64,000 nt of DNA from Oceanispirochaeta sp. (lineage in GTDB: Bacteria; Spirochaetota; Spirochaetia; DSM-2461), in contig CAXXXD010000002.1 of NCBI GenBank assembly GCA_963663385.2, positions 672,001-736,000 of the forward strand, in the 5' to 3' direction. Both the position numbers and the translations under genes were made by a program. This document shows, piece after piece, positions 40,429 to 50,721 of this stretch. The first letter of the stretch is position 1. Each line of letters begins with the position of its first letter. The notes below the pieces were generated by a model that worked only from the letters and a program-made list of their open reading frames with translations, searched no databases and was not told the DNA's origin.

Positions 40429-42256
40429 ATGAAAAAAATCAATGACTATAAAATCGGGACAAGATTGGTTATGATCTTTTCGGCTGTGGCACTGATCATG
40501 GTAGGGGCGCTTGTTCTCTTTGTAGGGCAGAGGGTCTCTCATCTGGCTGAACATAATGCCTTGGATGTTTCTGAATCGGTGGTCAATGAGTATACTCTCT
40601 GCACAGAACAGATCATGAAAAGGGTTTTGTCTGTTAGCCAGGCATTGGCAAGCACTGCCGAAGCATTTATGCATGATGAAAATACCTCTCATACCAGAGT
40701 AGAGGCTGATAATATCCTTATCAGAACACAGGAAAACAATCCTGAGTTGTTAGGAGTTTATTATCTTTTTGAGCCTGATCAGTTTGATGGAAGAAATGTT
40801 ATCTGTCGTCCCTTTGAGTATAATGCTAATGGGGAACAGGTTCTCATGATAGATCTTGTAGTTCCTATCCGTAATAGCAGGGGAGATTTCATCGGAATCG
40901 CGGGCTGTGACATTTCAATAAAAACCCTTGATCAGGCTATCAGCAGCATCTTACCTTTCAAGGAATCAGGCTTCCTGACGGTGTTTGCTCAGGACGGAAC
41001 GATTATGGGAGGAGCAGGGAGTCAGTTCACAGGACAGAACATTTTGGACCTACCGGGAATCCCGCAAATTACTCTGGCTGGTATATTTAGTAAAGAGGAT
41101 TACTCCTTCGAAACCTATGATGATTTTCTCAAAGAAGATTTTCTGATCTACGGCTCCCACTTCGCGGTACAGGGAACGGATTATATAACTACTGTTCAGG
41201 CCAATATTCCCACATCCGTCATATATGAGGAATCAAGATCGATTGTTACTGTTGTAACCCTGCTGGGCATAGCTGCTCTGGCCGTCATTATTCTTGTCAT
41301 ATTTTTCTTTGCCCGGCAACTGAATCTGGGAGTGGATTTTGCCAGTGAGATGGCCGAAGGGAATCTTGCGGCCCGCTTCGAAATCGATCAGAAGGATGAG
41401 ATCGGGTTGCTTGCCTCTGCATTGACCTCAATGGCAGACCAGTTAAAGAAAATTGTATCGGATATCAGAGCTGCCTCGGGCAATGTCGCTACCGGCAGCG
41501 GCCAGATCAGCTCCACCTCCCCGGAGTTAAGCCAGGGGGCAAGCAAGCGAACAGGCTGCCAGTACAGAGGAGGTTTCGGCCTCTATCGAACAGATGACCA
41601 GCAATATCGAACAGATGACCAGCAATATCGAACAGATGACCAGCAATATCGAACAGAACTCGGAGAACGCTTCCAAAACAGAAAAAATCGCTCAAAAAGC
41701 CGCCCGGGCCGGAGAGGCCGGCAGGGGATTTGCCGTGGTGGCCAGTGAAGTCCGGAAACTGGCGGAGCGGAGCCAGACAGCCGCGGCGGAAATCATGGAT
41801 CTGTCCCGGGACAGTATGAAGGTGGCCGAAAATGCCGGGACTTTGCTGGACCGGATCATCCCCGATATACAGCATACTGCCGAACTGGTGCAGGGTATCT
41901 CGGCAGCCAGTGCTGAACAGAGAAGCGGTGTCCAGCAGATTAACGCGGCTGTCTTCCAGCTGGATAAGGTGGTCCAGGTCAACGCCTCCTCCTCGGAGGA
42001 ACTGGCGTCCATGTCGGAGGAGCTCTCCTCCCAATCAGATCAGATGATCAGTACCATGGCGTTTTTCAGGGTTGATCAGGAGGCCCGGAAGGTGATTGAA
42101 GATAAAACGAGAACCTTCAATACCGGAAGGAAAATAGAAGAAGGGATCTCAACGCTGAGCAGAGGAGAAACAAATCAATTGATTGCGAATACCATTTCCC
42201 AGACTTCCGAAAGGGCCAAAGTATCAGGCGGAGAAGATGAGTTCGAAGAATTTTAA
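40429..42256 (+). pseudogene. Decayed MCP (frameshift, repeat expansion, deletions)
   Basis: AAGC duplication at 41541-41548 shifts the frame; ~46 aa of the signalling hairpin missing versus the adjacent MCP; Cache and HAMP regions look shortened. Confidence 0.88.
41584..41657 (+). repeat. 21-bp tandem repeat x3.5 (encodes heptad IEQMTSN)
   Basis: ATCGAACAGATGACCAGCAAT repeated perfectly. Confidence 0.97.
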
Positions 42257-42274
42257 AAAAGAAAGGCAATTAAT

Positions 42275-42796
42275 ATGGAAACTAGTTTTAAAGAGAATAT
42301 AGAAGAAGAAATCCAGAAGGCCGACTCGGATAAATACCTCTCCTTTTTTGTGGCAGGAGAGCAGTACGCCCTGAATGTCCTGAATATCCGGGAGGTTTTA
42401 AGCAATCAGAGTGTTAACCACATTCCGCGGATGCCTTATTTCATGCGGGGTATCATCAATCTTCGGGGGCACGTCGTTCCGGTTATTGATCTGAAAATGA
42501 AATTCGGACTGGGAGAGACCACGGACAGTATTGATACCAGCATTGTTGTTACGGAAGTTTCTATAGGGCAGGATGAAATTATCATGGGGCTCCTTACCGA
42601 TGGGGTGAATGAGGTTCTTGTGATTGAGGAAAAGGATATCGAGGCTGCTCCTGTTTTTGGGACGGAAGTTGATGCCAGCTTTATCAAGGGAATCGGAAAA
42701 AGAGATGACACTTTTATCGTTATTCTGGATATTAACAAGTTTCTGTCCATTGGGGATTTAAGCGCTCTTACAATAGAGTCAACCCTTGAATCGTAG
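42275..42796 (+). CDS. cheW: Chemotaxis coupling protein CheW (second paralogue)
   Basis: KYLSFFV...GIINLRGHVVPVIDL. Confidence 0.94.
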   Translation: METSFKENIEEEIQKADSDKYLSFFVAGEQYALNVLNIREVLSNQSVNHIPRMPYFMRGIINLRGHVVPVIDLKMKFGLGETTDSIDTSIVVTEVSIGQDEIIMGLLTDGVNEVLVIEEKDIEAAPVFGTEVDASFIKGIGKRDDTFIVILDINKFLSIGDLSALTIESTLES

Positions 42797-42811
42797 ATAT
42801 AAAGGAGTGGA

Positions 42812-43606
42812 ATGGAGTATGTCCAAAGCAGTACCTGGCGGGAGGTGCTGGACAAATACGGGAGTTGGGATATCGATCTCATCCCCGCCCTTGGTCCGGA
42901 TGATTGTATTGGTAGGGAGATCATCCGGACCGATCCTTATATCTCCTTTCCTCAGGTGATTGTTACAGGACCGGATATAGACTTTATCTGCAGCACTACA
43001 AAACTTGAAGGGAAGAGGGTAGGGGTCGGAGAGGGTTATACGAGTTACCATTTTATGAAGAATAACCATCCGCAGATTGAACTGGTCACGACTGATAATG
43101 TTCTTGAGGGACTCCGGCTTCTCGATAAAGGCAGCATTGACGCTTTTGTCGGTCATCTGGCTGTTGTCCGGGATGGCGTCGAAAAATCCCGTCTGAATCT
43201 TCACATTGCAGGAAAAACCGAATATGTATTTGAGCATTGTATGGGGCTGCCTCAGGAGCATGCCCGCACTGTTGCCATATTTAACAAAGTTTTTGAGGGA
43301 ATGACAGCAGAGGATCATAGCCGGATCTATAACAGGTGGATAGATATGGAGAGGAAGCGGATCAAAGGTTTGCTCGAGGATCTGGAAATTCTGAGGGTTA
43401 AGCTGGAGGAAAGAAACGATGAACTGAAAAGGCTGGCAATTACCGATAAGTTGACAGATCTGTACAACCGTTTCAAGCTGGATGAAGCACTCTATACCGC
43501 CAAAAAAACGGAAGGAACAGGGTGGTCATACATTAAGTTCGGTATTTGGATTTGCATGATTCATGTAATAGAGGCGGATCATCATCTCTTTGAGATGTTT
43601 TATTGA
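42812..43606 (+). pseudogene. Truncated PBP2/SBP-sensor diguanylate cyclase remnant
   Basis: Partial family-3 substrate-binding domain (LEGKRVGVGEGY...GSIDAFVG), coiled coil, AITDKLTDLYNRFKLDEAL, then no GGDEF core; no signal peptide or TM. Confidence 0.65.
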
Positions 43607-43665
43607 TTTCAATTATCAATTTTAATAAAAAATTGTTGCATATTAATAAAATAAGGAGTTTTCCT

Positions 43666-44739
43666 TTGAAAGATAAGTACATTAATATAATTCTGTTTTT
43701 TTTGATACTGATTGTTCCTCCCTTAAGCGCAATTGAGAGGGGAGAAGACTGGGGGATAACTCCCCTTCCTGTTGTTGCCTATACTCCTGAAACAGCTTTC
43801 CTTTTTGGATTTAGCGGTCTGGCCTGGTATCAGCCCCCGGAAAATACCCTGACAAATATGTATATGTTTGAAATGGTCTACACAACAAAGAAACAGTTAG
43901 CCCTCAGGGTGGGACTGGAACACTATGCTCTGGAAGAGAAGTTAAAAGTGGAAACGGAAGTTTCCTACTCTCTCTTCCCCGACAGTTTCTGGGCAATAGG
44001 TCCCGATGCTCCAGACTGTTCACAGGAGGAATATACACCCTTAAAACTGGAGTTGCGGCAGTCTTTACCCTATCGGATATTTCCTGCTTTTCACCTTGGT
44101 CCTGTTTTTAGGATTACCCGGCACAAGCTGGATGATATGGAAGAAGGGGGCATCCTGTATAAAGGAATCACAGGAAGTGAGGGGGGCCGGAATCTGGGGC
44201 TGGGGTACTGCTTTATCTATGATACGAGGGATTCCAATATATACCCAGGAAAAGGAACGATTGTAAGTTGTTCAAATATTTATTTTTCCGAATGGGGAGG
44301 ACTGGGGGAATATTCATACCAGTGCTGGGAAGTGGATTTGCGCAAATATATAAGCCTCTCAAAAAAGAGTCAGCTTGCCTTGAGAGGAACAGCCTTCTTG
44401 AATTCGGGAAGTCATATCCCTTTTCAGGAGCTTCCAGTTCTGGGTGGACCCTTCCTGATGCGGGGATACTACCAGGGGCGTTACAGGGATAAAAATACGT
44501 TCTCTCTGCAGGGGGAATACCGATTTCCTATGATCGGCCGTCTTCGGGGTGTTCTATTTGGCAGTGCCGGGGCGGTGGCATCTGCCATTGAAAAGTTTTC
44601 TGATTCACCCGTCAGGCTAGCTGGTGGGACGGGGTTGAGATTTGCGGTTAATAAAGAGGAGAATCTGAATCTCCGGCTGGATAGTGCCTACTCTGCTGAG
44701 GGATTCAAGATCTATTTTGGTGTGCTGGAGGCGTTCTGA
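43666..44739 (+). CDS. Omp85/BamA-TamA-family beta-barrel lacking POTRA domains
   Basis: Signal peptide, YDTRDSNIYPGKG, LGG...MRGYYQGRYRD, NLRLDSA, C-terminal EAF; TTG start after AAGGAG. Confidence 0.85.
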   Translation: MKDKYINIILFFLILIVPPLSAIERGEDWGITPLPVVAYTPETAFLFGFSGLAWYQPPENTLTNMYMFEMVYTTKKQLALRVGLEHYALEEKLKVETEVSYSLFPDSFWAIGPDAPDCSQEEYTPLKLELRQSLPYRIFPAFHLGPVFRITRHKLDDMEEGGILYKGITGSEGGRNLGLGYCFIYDTRDSNIYPGKGTIVSCSNIYFSEWGGLGEYSYQCWEVDLRKYISLSKKSQLALRGTAFLNSGSHIPFQELPVLGGPFLMRGYYQGRYRDKNTFSLQGEYRFPMIGRLRGVLFGSAGAVASAIEKFSDSPVRLAGGTGLRFAVNKEENLNLRLDSAYSAEGFKIYFGVLEAF

Positions 44740-45791
44740 TGAAGTTTAGAAAAAGATATCTTATACTTTTTTTCTTGCTGTTTATATCTCTTTTCTCAAA
44801 TTGCAGGACAGGGGAAACCACCGGACGGGAGGATCTTGGCGGAAGGATCGAAAAACATGAAATGGTTTTGATCGGCGGAATGAAACAGGCCATTACTATC
44901 CGGGGAAATCACACGGACAGTCCGGTTCTCCTTTGGTTACACGGAGGTCCCGGAGCTTCACAGATGGCCGTGAGCCACCATTATGATACTGCTCTGGAAG
45001 ATTCATTTATTGTCGTTCAATGGGATCAACGAGGAGCCGGGAAGTCTAATCCGAAGGGATTTGATGAGACAACCATGACAAATGCTCAGTTTATCCGGGA
45101 TTGTCATGAACTGACCCGGTATTTAAAAAAGGTTCTGGGAAGAGAGAAGATCTATCTTCTCGGACACTCCTGGGGGACCCAGCTGGGGATTCAAGTGGCC
45201 GGACTCTACCCGGAAGATTACCTTGCCTATATAGGAGTCAGTCAGGTTATTAATGCTCTGGATGCTCATGTTGTAGGAGAGAGATGGTTACGGGAGACTT
45301 TAATCAGTGAGAATAAAAAACGGGATATTAGGAAACTGGACAAACTTGGTCCGCCCCCCTACCGCGACCATGAAGATTTTGTTCGTTTTATCCACCTGAT
45401 TGACAAGTATGGCGGTAGCTTTGATATCTCCTTCGGAAAATTGATTCGAATAGCCATAGGCTCCCCTTATTACTCCCTTTCAGATATGAAAAGTTGGTTG
45501 AACGGAGCAAACCGGGGCAGCGGTCCCTTGTGGGAAGAGTCTTTACGTTTTGATGCGAAAAAGGATATCCCTCATTTGGATTTACCGGTTCTGTTGATTG
45601 CAGGAACGGGGGATTACAATACCCCTATAGACCTGGTGGAAGAGTATGCCAGTATGCTTCAGACGCCCAGTATTAAAAGAGTGGTCAGAATTGAGGGCGC
45701 TTCCCATACTCCTCAATTTAAAGATCCTGAAGGGTTTGCCCGTATCCTGAGAGATTTCAGGAAAGAGGTGGAAGGGGATAGGGCAAAATGA
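44739..45791 (+). CDS. Alpha/beta hydrolase, probable lipoprotein
   Basis: LFSNC lipobox-like; LHGGPG, WDQRGAGKS, GHSWG nucleophile, GDYNTP, ASHTP. Confidence 0.9.
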   Translation: MKFRKRYLILFFLLFISLFSNCRTGETTGREDLGGRIEKHEMVLIGGMKQAITIRGNHTDSPVLLWLHGGPGASQMAVSHHYDTALEDSFIVVQWDQRGAGKSNPKGFDETTMTNAQFIRDCHELTRYLKKVLGREKIYLLGHSWGTQLGIQVAGLYPEDYLAYIGVSQVINALDAHVVGERWLRETLISENKKRDIRKLDKLGPPPYRDHEDFVRFIHLIDKYGGSFDISFGKLIRIAIGSPYYSLSDMKSWLNGANRGSGPLWEESLRFDAKKDIPHLDLPVLLIAGTGDYNTPIDLVEEYASMLQTPSIKRVVRIEGASHTPQFKDPEGFARILRDFRKEVEGDRAK

Positions 45792-46551
45792 GAGGAATCT
45801 TAAAGAAATCGTGAATCGGCAGATTCCTTTACACTCTTTGGACACTGTCTGAGTTATCGCAGCTTTTTCTGCTTTTCCAGTGTTAGAAACGGCTGAATTT
45901 TAATTTTCAGCCGGATTTAATCTATGCCATTGGTTGCTATAATGATAAATCGATGACATATAAAATCCACTTACCTCTCTTCTTCTATTTTTTTTATATC
46001 ATGAAAATCTGGTCCATATATTTCTCTATTTCTAAATCTTTAATCTGCCAGGGTATATATTTTAGATAGGGCCTCCTGAAAAAGTATTTCAGGAAGTTTA
46101 TATTTCTCCAATACTGAGTCTTTCATCAATTTCTGTCATTTCTGTGGGACATATTTTATCCAAGTTCATGCCCAAAACAGCCAGAAAGATTTCTGTTTTA
46201 CTGGTTGATCTTAATATGGATTTTATCAAGTACAACCCTTATTTTAAGAAGAAAACTGCTTTGCATAGTCATTCATTTTACTCCGGGATACTTTTTCTCT
46301 CAATCCTTCCTCAGTCTCCTGCAATAATACTTATGGTCGTTTTTTTTCCTTAACGGATGAGGCCTCTATCGAAGTTCTTATTGGGAGTCTGAATGTAAAT
46401 GAGTGCAGCATTTTCCAACTGAAGCGGGATGCAATTATTTTCTGCTATCATAATATCAGACTGATAGACAATTAATACCCGTTCTTTTTTGTATTACTAT
46501 ATTCCCATTAAATATCAATTTATTTCAAAAAAAAATGGAATTCTTCCAAAG

Positions 46552-46589
46552 AAATTGTAACACATATGAAAATTTCAATGTTACAATTT
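46552..46589. promoter_or_regulatory. Inverted repeat operator upstream of TRAP operon
   Basis: AAATTGTAACA-N16-TGTTACAATTT, spacer containing TGAAAATTTCA. Confidence 0.65.
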
Positions 46590-46640
46590 TATCAGGATCC
46601 CTCGTCGGGGGACAAATACCAAACAATGCGGAGAGAATAG

Positions 46641-47678
46641 ATGAAAAGAAAGATTACTTTTGTTTTGCTGATGCTGATTGTAATGATGCCCATGCTGATA
46701 GGCGCTCAACAGATCACGATTAAACTGGCACATTTGAATCCTCAAAATCCTTTCGATGTCCCTTCAGCAGCCATGGCTGCGGCTTTTAAAGCAGAAGTGG
46801 AATCCCGTTCAAATGGAGAAATCGCAGTAGAACTATTCCCGAATGGCGTCCTTGGTAAAGAACGTGAGACCATGGTCCAGGTAAAAGGGGGCGTGATACA
46901 GTCCTATATTGCATCCACCGGCGGTATGTCCTCCTATTACCCGATGATCGATGTAACCAATCTTCCTTTCGCCTTCTCAAGTTACAATGTGGGGTATAAA
47001 GTTTATGATGGCGATTTCGGTCAGGAATTCGCTGCGGATATCGAAAAGAAAACCGGTTTTAAAGTTCTTGGATTTGGAGAATCAGGCGGTTTCTTTGCCA
47101 TTACCAATTCGAAGAGAGAGATCCGTTCTCCCCGGGATATGAGAGGATTGAAGATTCGTACAATGACCGTTCCCCTTCACCAGAATATCATCAAATCATT
47201 GGGAGGATCAGCCACACCGATTGCCTGGGCCGAGGTATATACGTCTTTGCAGACTGGTGTTGTCGATGGACAGATGAATCCTGTATCTATTATTAATATG
47301 GCGAAATTTCAGGAAGTTCAGAAATACATAACTCTGACAAATCACCTTTATGCTCCCTATGTATGGATTATGAACGGTTCATTCTATAATAAATTGTCAG
47401 AGGAACATAAAAATATTATAGATGATGCCTCAAGAACAGCGATCCTTGCCGGACGCGGTCTGAGCAGGATTATTGATTCCTCTGACAAGGGACTTCCCGC
47501 TCTGCAGAAAGTAATGGACGTTTATGTCCCCACTTCCAGTGAAATGCGGCAATTCCGTGATGCTACTATCCCCGAGGCCAGAGCGTTTATTGAAGGAAAA
47601 TACAAACAGGATGGAAAATACTGGATTGATAAGTTCCTGGATGCAATTGAAAAAGCTGAAAAGGAACTTGGTTATTAA
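46641..47678 (+). CDS. dctP: TRAP transporter solute-binding protein
   Basis: Signal peptide; DMRGLKIRTM, WAEVYTSLQTGVVDGQMNP. Confidence 0.94.
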   Translation: MKRKITFVLLMLIVMMPMLIGAQQITIKLAHLNPQNPFDVPSAAMAAAFKAEVESRSNGEIAVELFPNGVLGKERETMVQVKGGVIQSYIASTGGMSSYYPMIDVTNLPFAFSSYNVGYKVYDGDFGQEFAADIEKKTGFKVLGFGESGGFFAITNSKREIRSPRDMRGLKIRTMTVPLHQNIIKSLGGSATPIAWAEVYTSLQTGVVDGQMNPVSIINMAKFQEVQKYITLTNHLYAPYVWIMNGSFYNKLSEEHKNIIDDASRTAILAGRGLSRIIDSSDKGLPALQKVMDVYVPTSSEMRQFRDATIPEARAFIEGKYKQDGKYWIDKFLDAIEKAEKELGY

Positions 47679-47770
47679 TATCTGTCCTGAATCCTGAATC
47701 TCGAATATCGGGACTATCGCAGAAGTGCTCTTTGTAACTTTTGTGATAGCCCCTTTAAGGAAATATCAAA

Positions 47771-48304
47771 ATGAATACAAATCAAACAGAGAAAGGCTCC
47801 CTTCTCCAGAGGTTGTCCGATCTGCTCTCGAGGGTTGTACAGTACTCCTGCATATTCGCCATGGGTACCATGACCCTTGTGGTTCTTCTGGGCGTTATCT
47901 TCCGCTATATCTTTTTATCTCCTCTGAGCTGGTCTGAGGAACTGTCCCGTTATTTAATGATATGGGGAGCTTCACTGGCCATAACAATTGGTATCAGGGA
48001 AAATGAACACGTGGGCCTTACCGTATTGATTGACCAGACCGGATCAAAAGTCATCAGGATTATTCTGAATACGATTATTTTTGCTGTAACAGCAGCTTTT
48101 TATAGTGTGATGATCTACTTTTCCATAAAAATGACAATAGAGGCAAAATGGCAGTATACTCAGGGACTTGGTATCTCGATGGTACTTCCCTCTCTGGCTA
48201 TCCCTGTTGCCATGACAACGGCGCTGATGCAGCTTATCATCAGTTATATATCCTCTCCGGATCCTGGTACTCATGGCCAGGATATTCATGTCATTGATAT
48301 TTAA
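47771..48304 (+). CDS. dctQ: TRAP transporter small permease
   Basis: Four TMs; VIFRY...WSEELSRYLMIW. Confidence 0.93.
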   Translation: MNTNQTEKGSLLQRLSDLLSRVVQYSCIFAMGTMTLVVLLGVIFRYIFLSPLSWSEELSRYLMIWGASLAITIGIRENEHVGLTVLIDQTGSKVIRIILNTIIFAVTAAFYSVMIYFSIKMTIEAKWQYTQGLGISMVLPSLAIPVAMTTALMQLIISYISSPDPGTHGQDIHVIDI

Positions 48305-48319
48305 AATAAAGGATACCAA

Positions 48320-49609
48320 ATGATTTTATCCATCATAATAGTCTTTTTTACTCTATTGATACTGGGGATTCCCATTGGAATTACAATCGGCTGTGCCGGG
48401 CTGGTCGGGCTTTTCATGATGACCTCCGATATCAGTATGTTTTCTATGGCTCCCCTGCAGTTTTTCTCAGGGTTGGATATGTTCACTCTGATGGCCATGC
48501 CCTTTTTTATACTGGCTGGAGAGATTATGAACAAAACCGGGATTACCCACAGACTGGTCAAGTTTTCCAATATTCTGGTCGGCCACTGGCGGGGCGGTCT
48601 GGCTCATGCCAATATTATGGCAAGTATTTTCTTTGCGGGTATGACCGGAGCGGCTGTATCAGATACGGCTGCCATAGGTACTATGCTGATACCGGCCATG
48701 GAAAAAGACGGATACGACCTGGACTTCTCTGCCGCAGTTACAGCCTCCTCTTCCATCATCGGACCAACGATCCCCCCTTCCAATATGATGGTAATCTATG
48801 GTTCTCTTATGAATGTTTCAATTGCCGGTCTCTTTGCTGCGGGATTTCTACCGGGTCTGGTTCTTGGTGCTATGCTTATGGTTCTCTCATCGATTATTTC
48901 TATTAAACGGGGTTATCCCAAAAGCGAAAAAACCAGTTTCAGGGAAAAGCTGGTAGGCTTTAAAAATGCCATTCTGCCTCTTTTGATGCCTGTAATTATT
49001 CTGGGAGGAATCCTCTCGGGAGTCTTTACACCGACTGAAGCGGCAGCTGTAGCGGTTGCCTATGCTTTTTTTGTCGGATTCTTTCTACTGAAGAGCATCA
49101 GGATCAAAGATCTTTCCGGGATGCTTATTAATACAGCAAAGATTACCGGCGTTGTCTTCCTGATTATCGGGACGGCGTCTATTCTCAGCTGGGTCCTGGC
49201 TATTAATCAGGTACCTCAGGCTATCGCAGACTTTCTGCTTGCAGCGACAGGTAATCCAAAGATCGTTCTGCTGTTGATTATTCTCCTGATGCTGGTGGTC
49301 GGAATGTTTATGGATATTGCTGCAGCACTGATTATTCTGGGGCCCATCCTTCATCCTATCGCTGTATCAATGGGTATGAGTCCTATCCATTTCGGTATTG
49401 TCATGGTTTTATCTTTGAACATTGCATTGATGACCCCTCCGGTAGGCGCCTGCCTGTTCGTGGCCTGCAGCATAACAAAGCTGTCCCTGATGAAGCTGAG
49501 CAGAGCAATCTTCCCCTTCATTATCGTGGAAGTTGTTGCACTGTTTATCATTGCCTATTTTCCCGGGATTTCAACGTTCCTGCCCACCCTGCTGGGATTC
49601 AGCGGCTGA
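48320..49609 (+). CDS. dctM: TRAP transporter large permease
   Basis: AMPFFILAG, IPPS, TPTEAA, TPPVG. Confidence 0.95.
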   Translation: MILSIIIVFFTLLILGIPIGITIGCAGLVGLFMMTSDISMFSMAPLQFFSGLDMFTLMAMPFFILAGEIMNKTGITHRLVKFSNILVGHWRGGLAHANIMASIFFAGMTGAAVSDTAAIGTMLIPAMEKDGYDLDFSAAVTASSSIIGPTIPPSNMMVIYGSLMNVSIAGLFAAGFLPGLVLGAMLMVLSSIISIKRGYPKSEKTSFREKLVGFKNAILPLLMPVIILGGILSGVFTPTEAAAVAVAYAFFVGFFLLKSIRIKDLSGMLINTAKITGVVFLIIGTASILSWVLAINQVPQAIADFLLAATGNPKIVLLLIILLMLVVGMFMDIAAALIILGPILHPIAVSMGMSPIHFGIVMVLSLNIALMTPPVGACLFVACSITKLSLMKLSRAIFPFIIVEVVALFIIAYFPGISTFLPTLLGFSG

Positions 49610-49854
49610 GTCGGCATGATAAACCGTTAAAGACCGCAGATGGCTCTGCAGCCTTTAGCGGTTTGACCTGCCCGGGTAATGGCCGGGCCTTGAAAGGCTT
49701 CTGCAGGTAAACTGTGAGCGGAGAGAAGCAGGTCCCTGCCCGCGGATCCCGAACTTCCCCGGAAGATCAGGGAGGGGCGGGAGAATGAGATCCGGCGCTG
49801 CATTGTTTTCTGCGACTGCTTCGAATCCCTGAACCGGGGATTCCCCCTGAAGAG

Positions 49855-50721
49855 TCAGGTTCTCCCTCTCCGGCTTCTCTGAATCATTCCCATCACATTG
49901 TATATCAGCTGGGCGGCGGTGAAGTCGCAGAATCCGAGATGCTTTTGCGGCGCCAGTTCCACGCAGTCGAACCCCACTACCTGCCTCTGGCCGATGACAG
50001 ATTCCAGAAGGTCCAGGGTCTGATACCAGCTCAGTCCCCCCGGAACAGGGGTGCCTGTAGCCGGAACCAGGCTGCTGTCCAGCCCGTCGATGTCTATGGT
50101 TATATAAAGGAACTCCGGAAAGTCGGCGGGGAGGGACAGTGTCCGGATCTGTTTTGAAGAGGCTTCTCTGCCTGTGAGGCAGTATATCCCTTTTTCCTTT
50201 TGATACAGGTACTCCTCTTCGCACCAGGCCCTTATTCCCAGCTGGTAGATTTTCCACCCGCTCAGTTCATGGATTTTCCGTATCACCGAAGCGTGACTGT
50301 AGGGATTCCCTTCGTAATTGTCCCTCAGGTCCGCATGGGCATCGATCTGGACCAGTCCGACCCGTGTGCCGAAGCAATCGAAGACAGCCTGGGCGGCCCC
50401 CAGGCTGACCGTATGTTCTCCCCCCAGAAGGACGGGTATTTTCTGCATGCCCAGAACCCGGTTCGTCTGCTTCCTTATCCCTGCAACAACCTCTTCCGCA
50501 GTGTTTCCGGTTACCGCTTCGGCTGTGTAAATCCCTTCTTCGAAAGGAGAACTAAGGCCGTCCCATGTCTCCAGCTGGCCGGAAGCTTCAAGAATCGCCT
50601 CGGGTCCGCCGGCTGTTCCGCCGCCGTAGCTGACGCTTGCTTCAAGTGGGGCGGGGATCAAATGGAACAGAGCCTGTTCCGGTGCTGTGTTGGCCATTTC
50701 AGAGTAGAGAAAATGCTTCAT
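49855..50721 (-). CDS. speB: Agmatinase
   Basis: GGEHTVS, DAHADLR, DIDGLD, TGTPVPGG; in polyamine operon. Confidence 0.92.
   Translation of the reverse strand: MKHFLYSEMANTAPEQALFHLIPAPLEASVSYGGGTAGGPEAILEASGQLETWDGLSSPFEEGIYTAEAVTGNTAEEVVAGIRKQTNRVLGMQKIPVLLGGEHTVSLGAAQAVFDCFGTRVGLVQIDAHADLRDNYEGNPYSHASVIRKIHELSGWKIYQLGIRAWCEEEYLYQKEKGIYCLTGREASSKQIRTLSLPADFPEFLYITIDIDGLDSSLVPATGTPVPGGLSWYQTLDLLESVIGQRQVVGFDCVELAPQKHLGFCDFTAAQLIYNVMGMIQRSRRGRT

Noticed and set aside
41584..41657. 21-bp repeats as a CRISPR array
   Set aside because: No spacers, in-frame coding heptad inside an MCP, no cas genes
49655..50257. 200-aa minus-strand ORF and other long alternate-frame or antisense ORFs (e.g. 5936-6610, 13497-14093, 34209-34877)
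   Set aside because: Shadow ORFs overlapping well-supported genes, with no motifs
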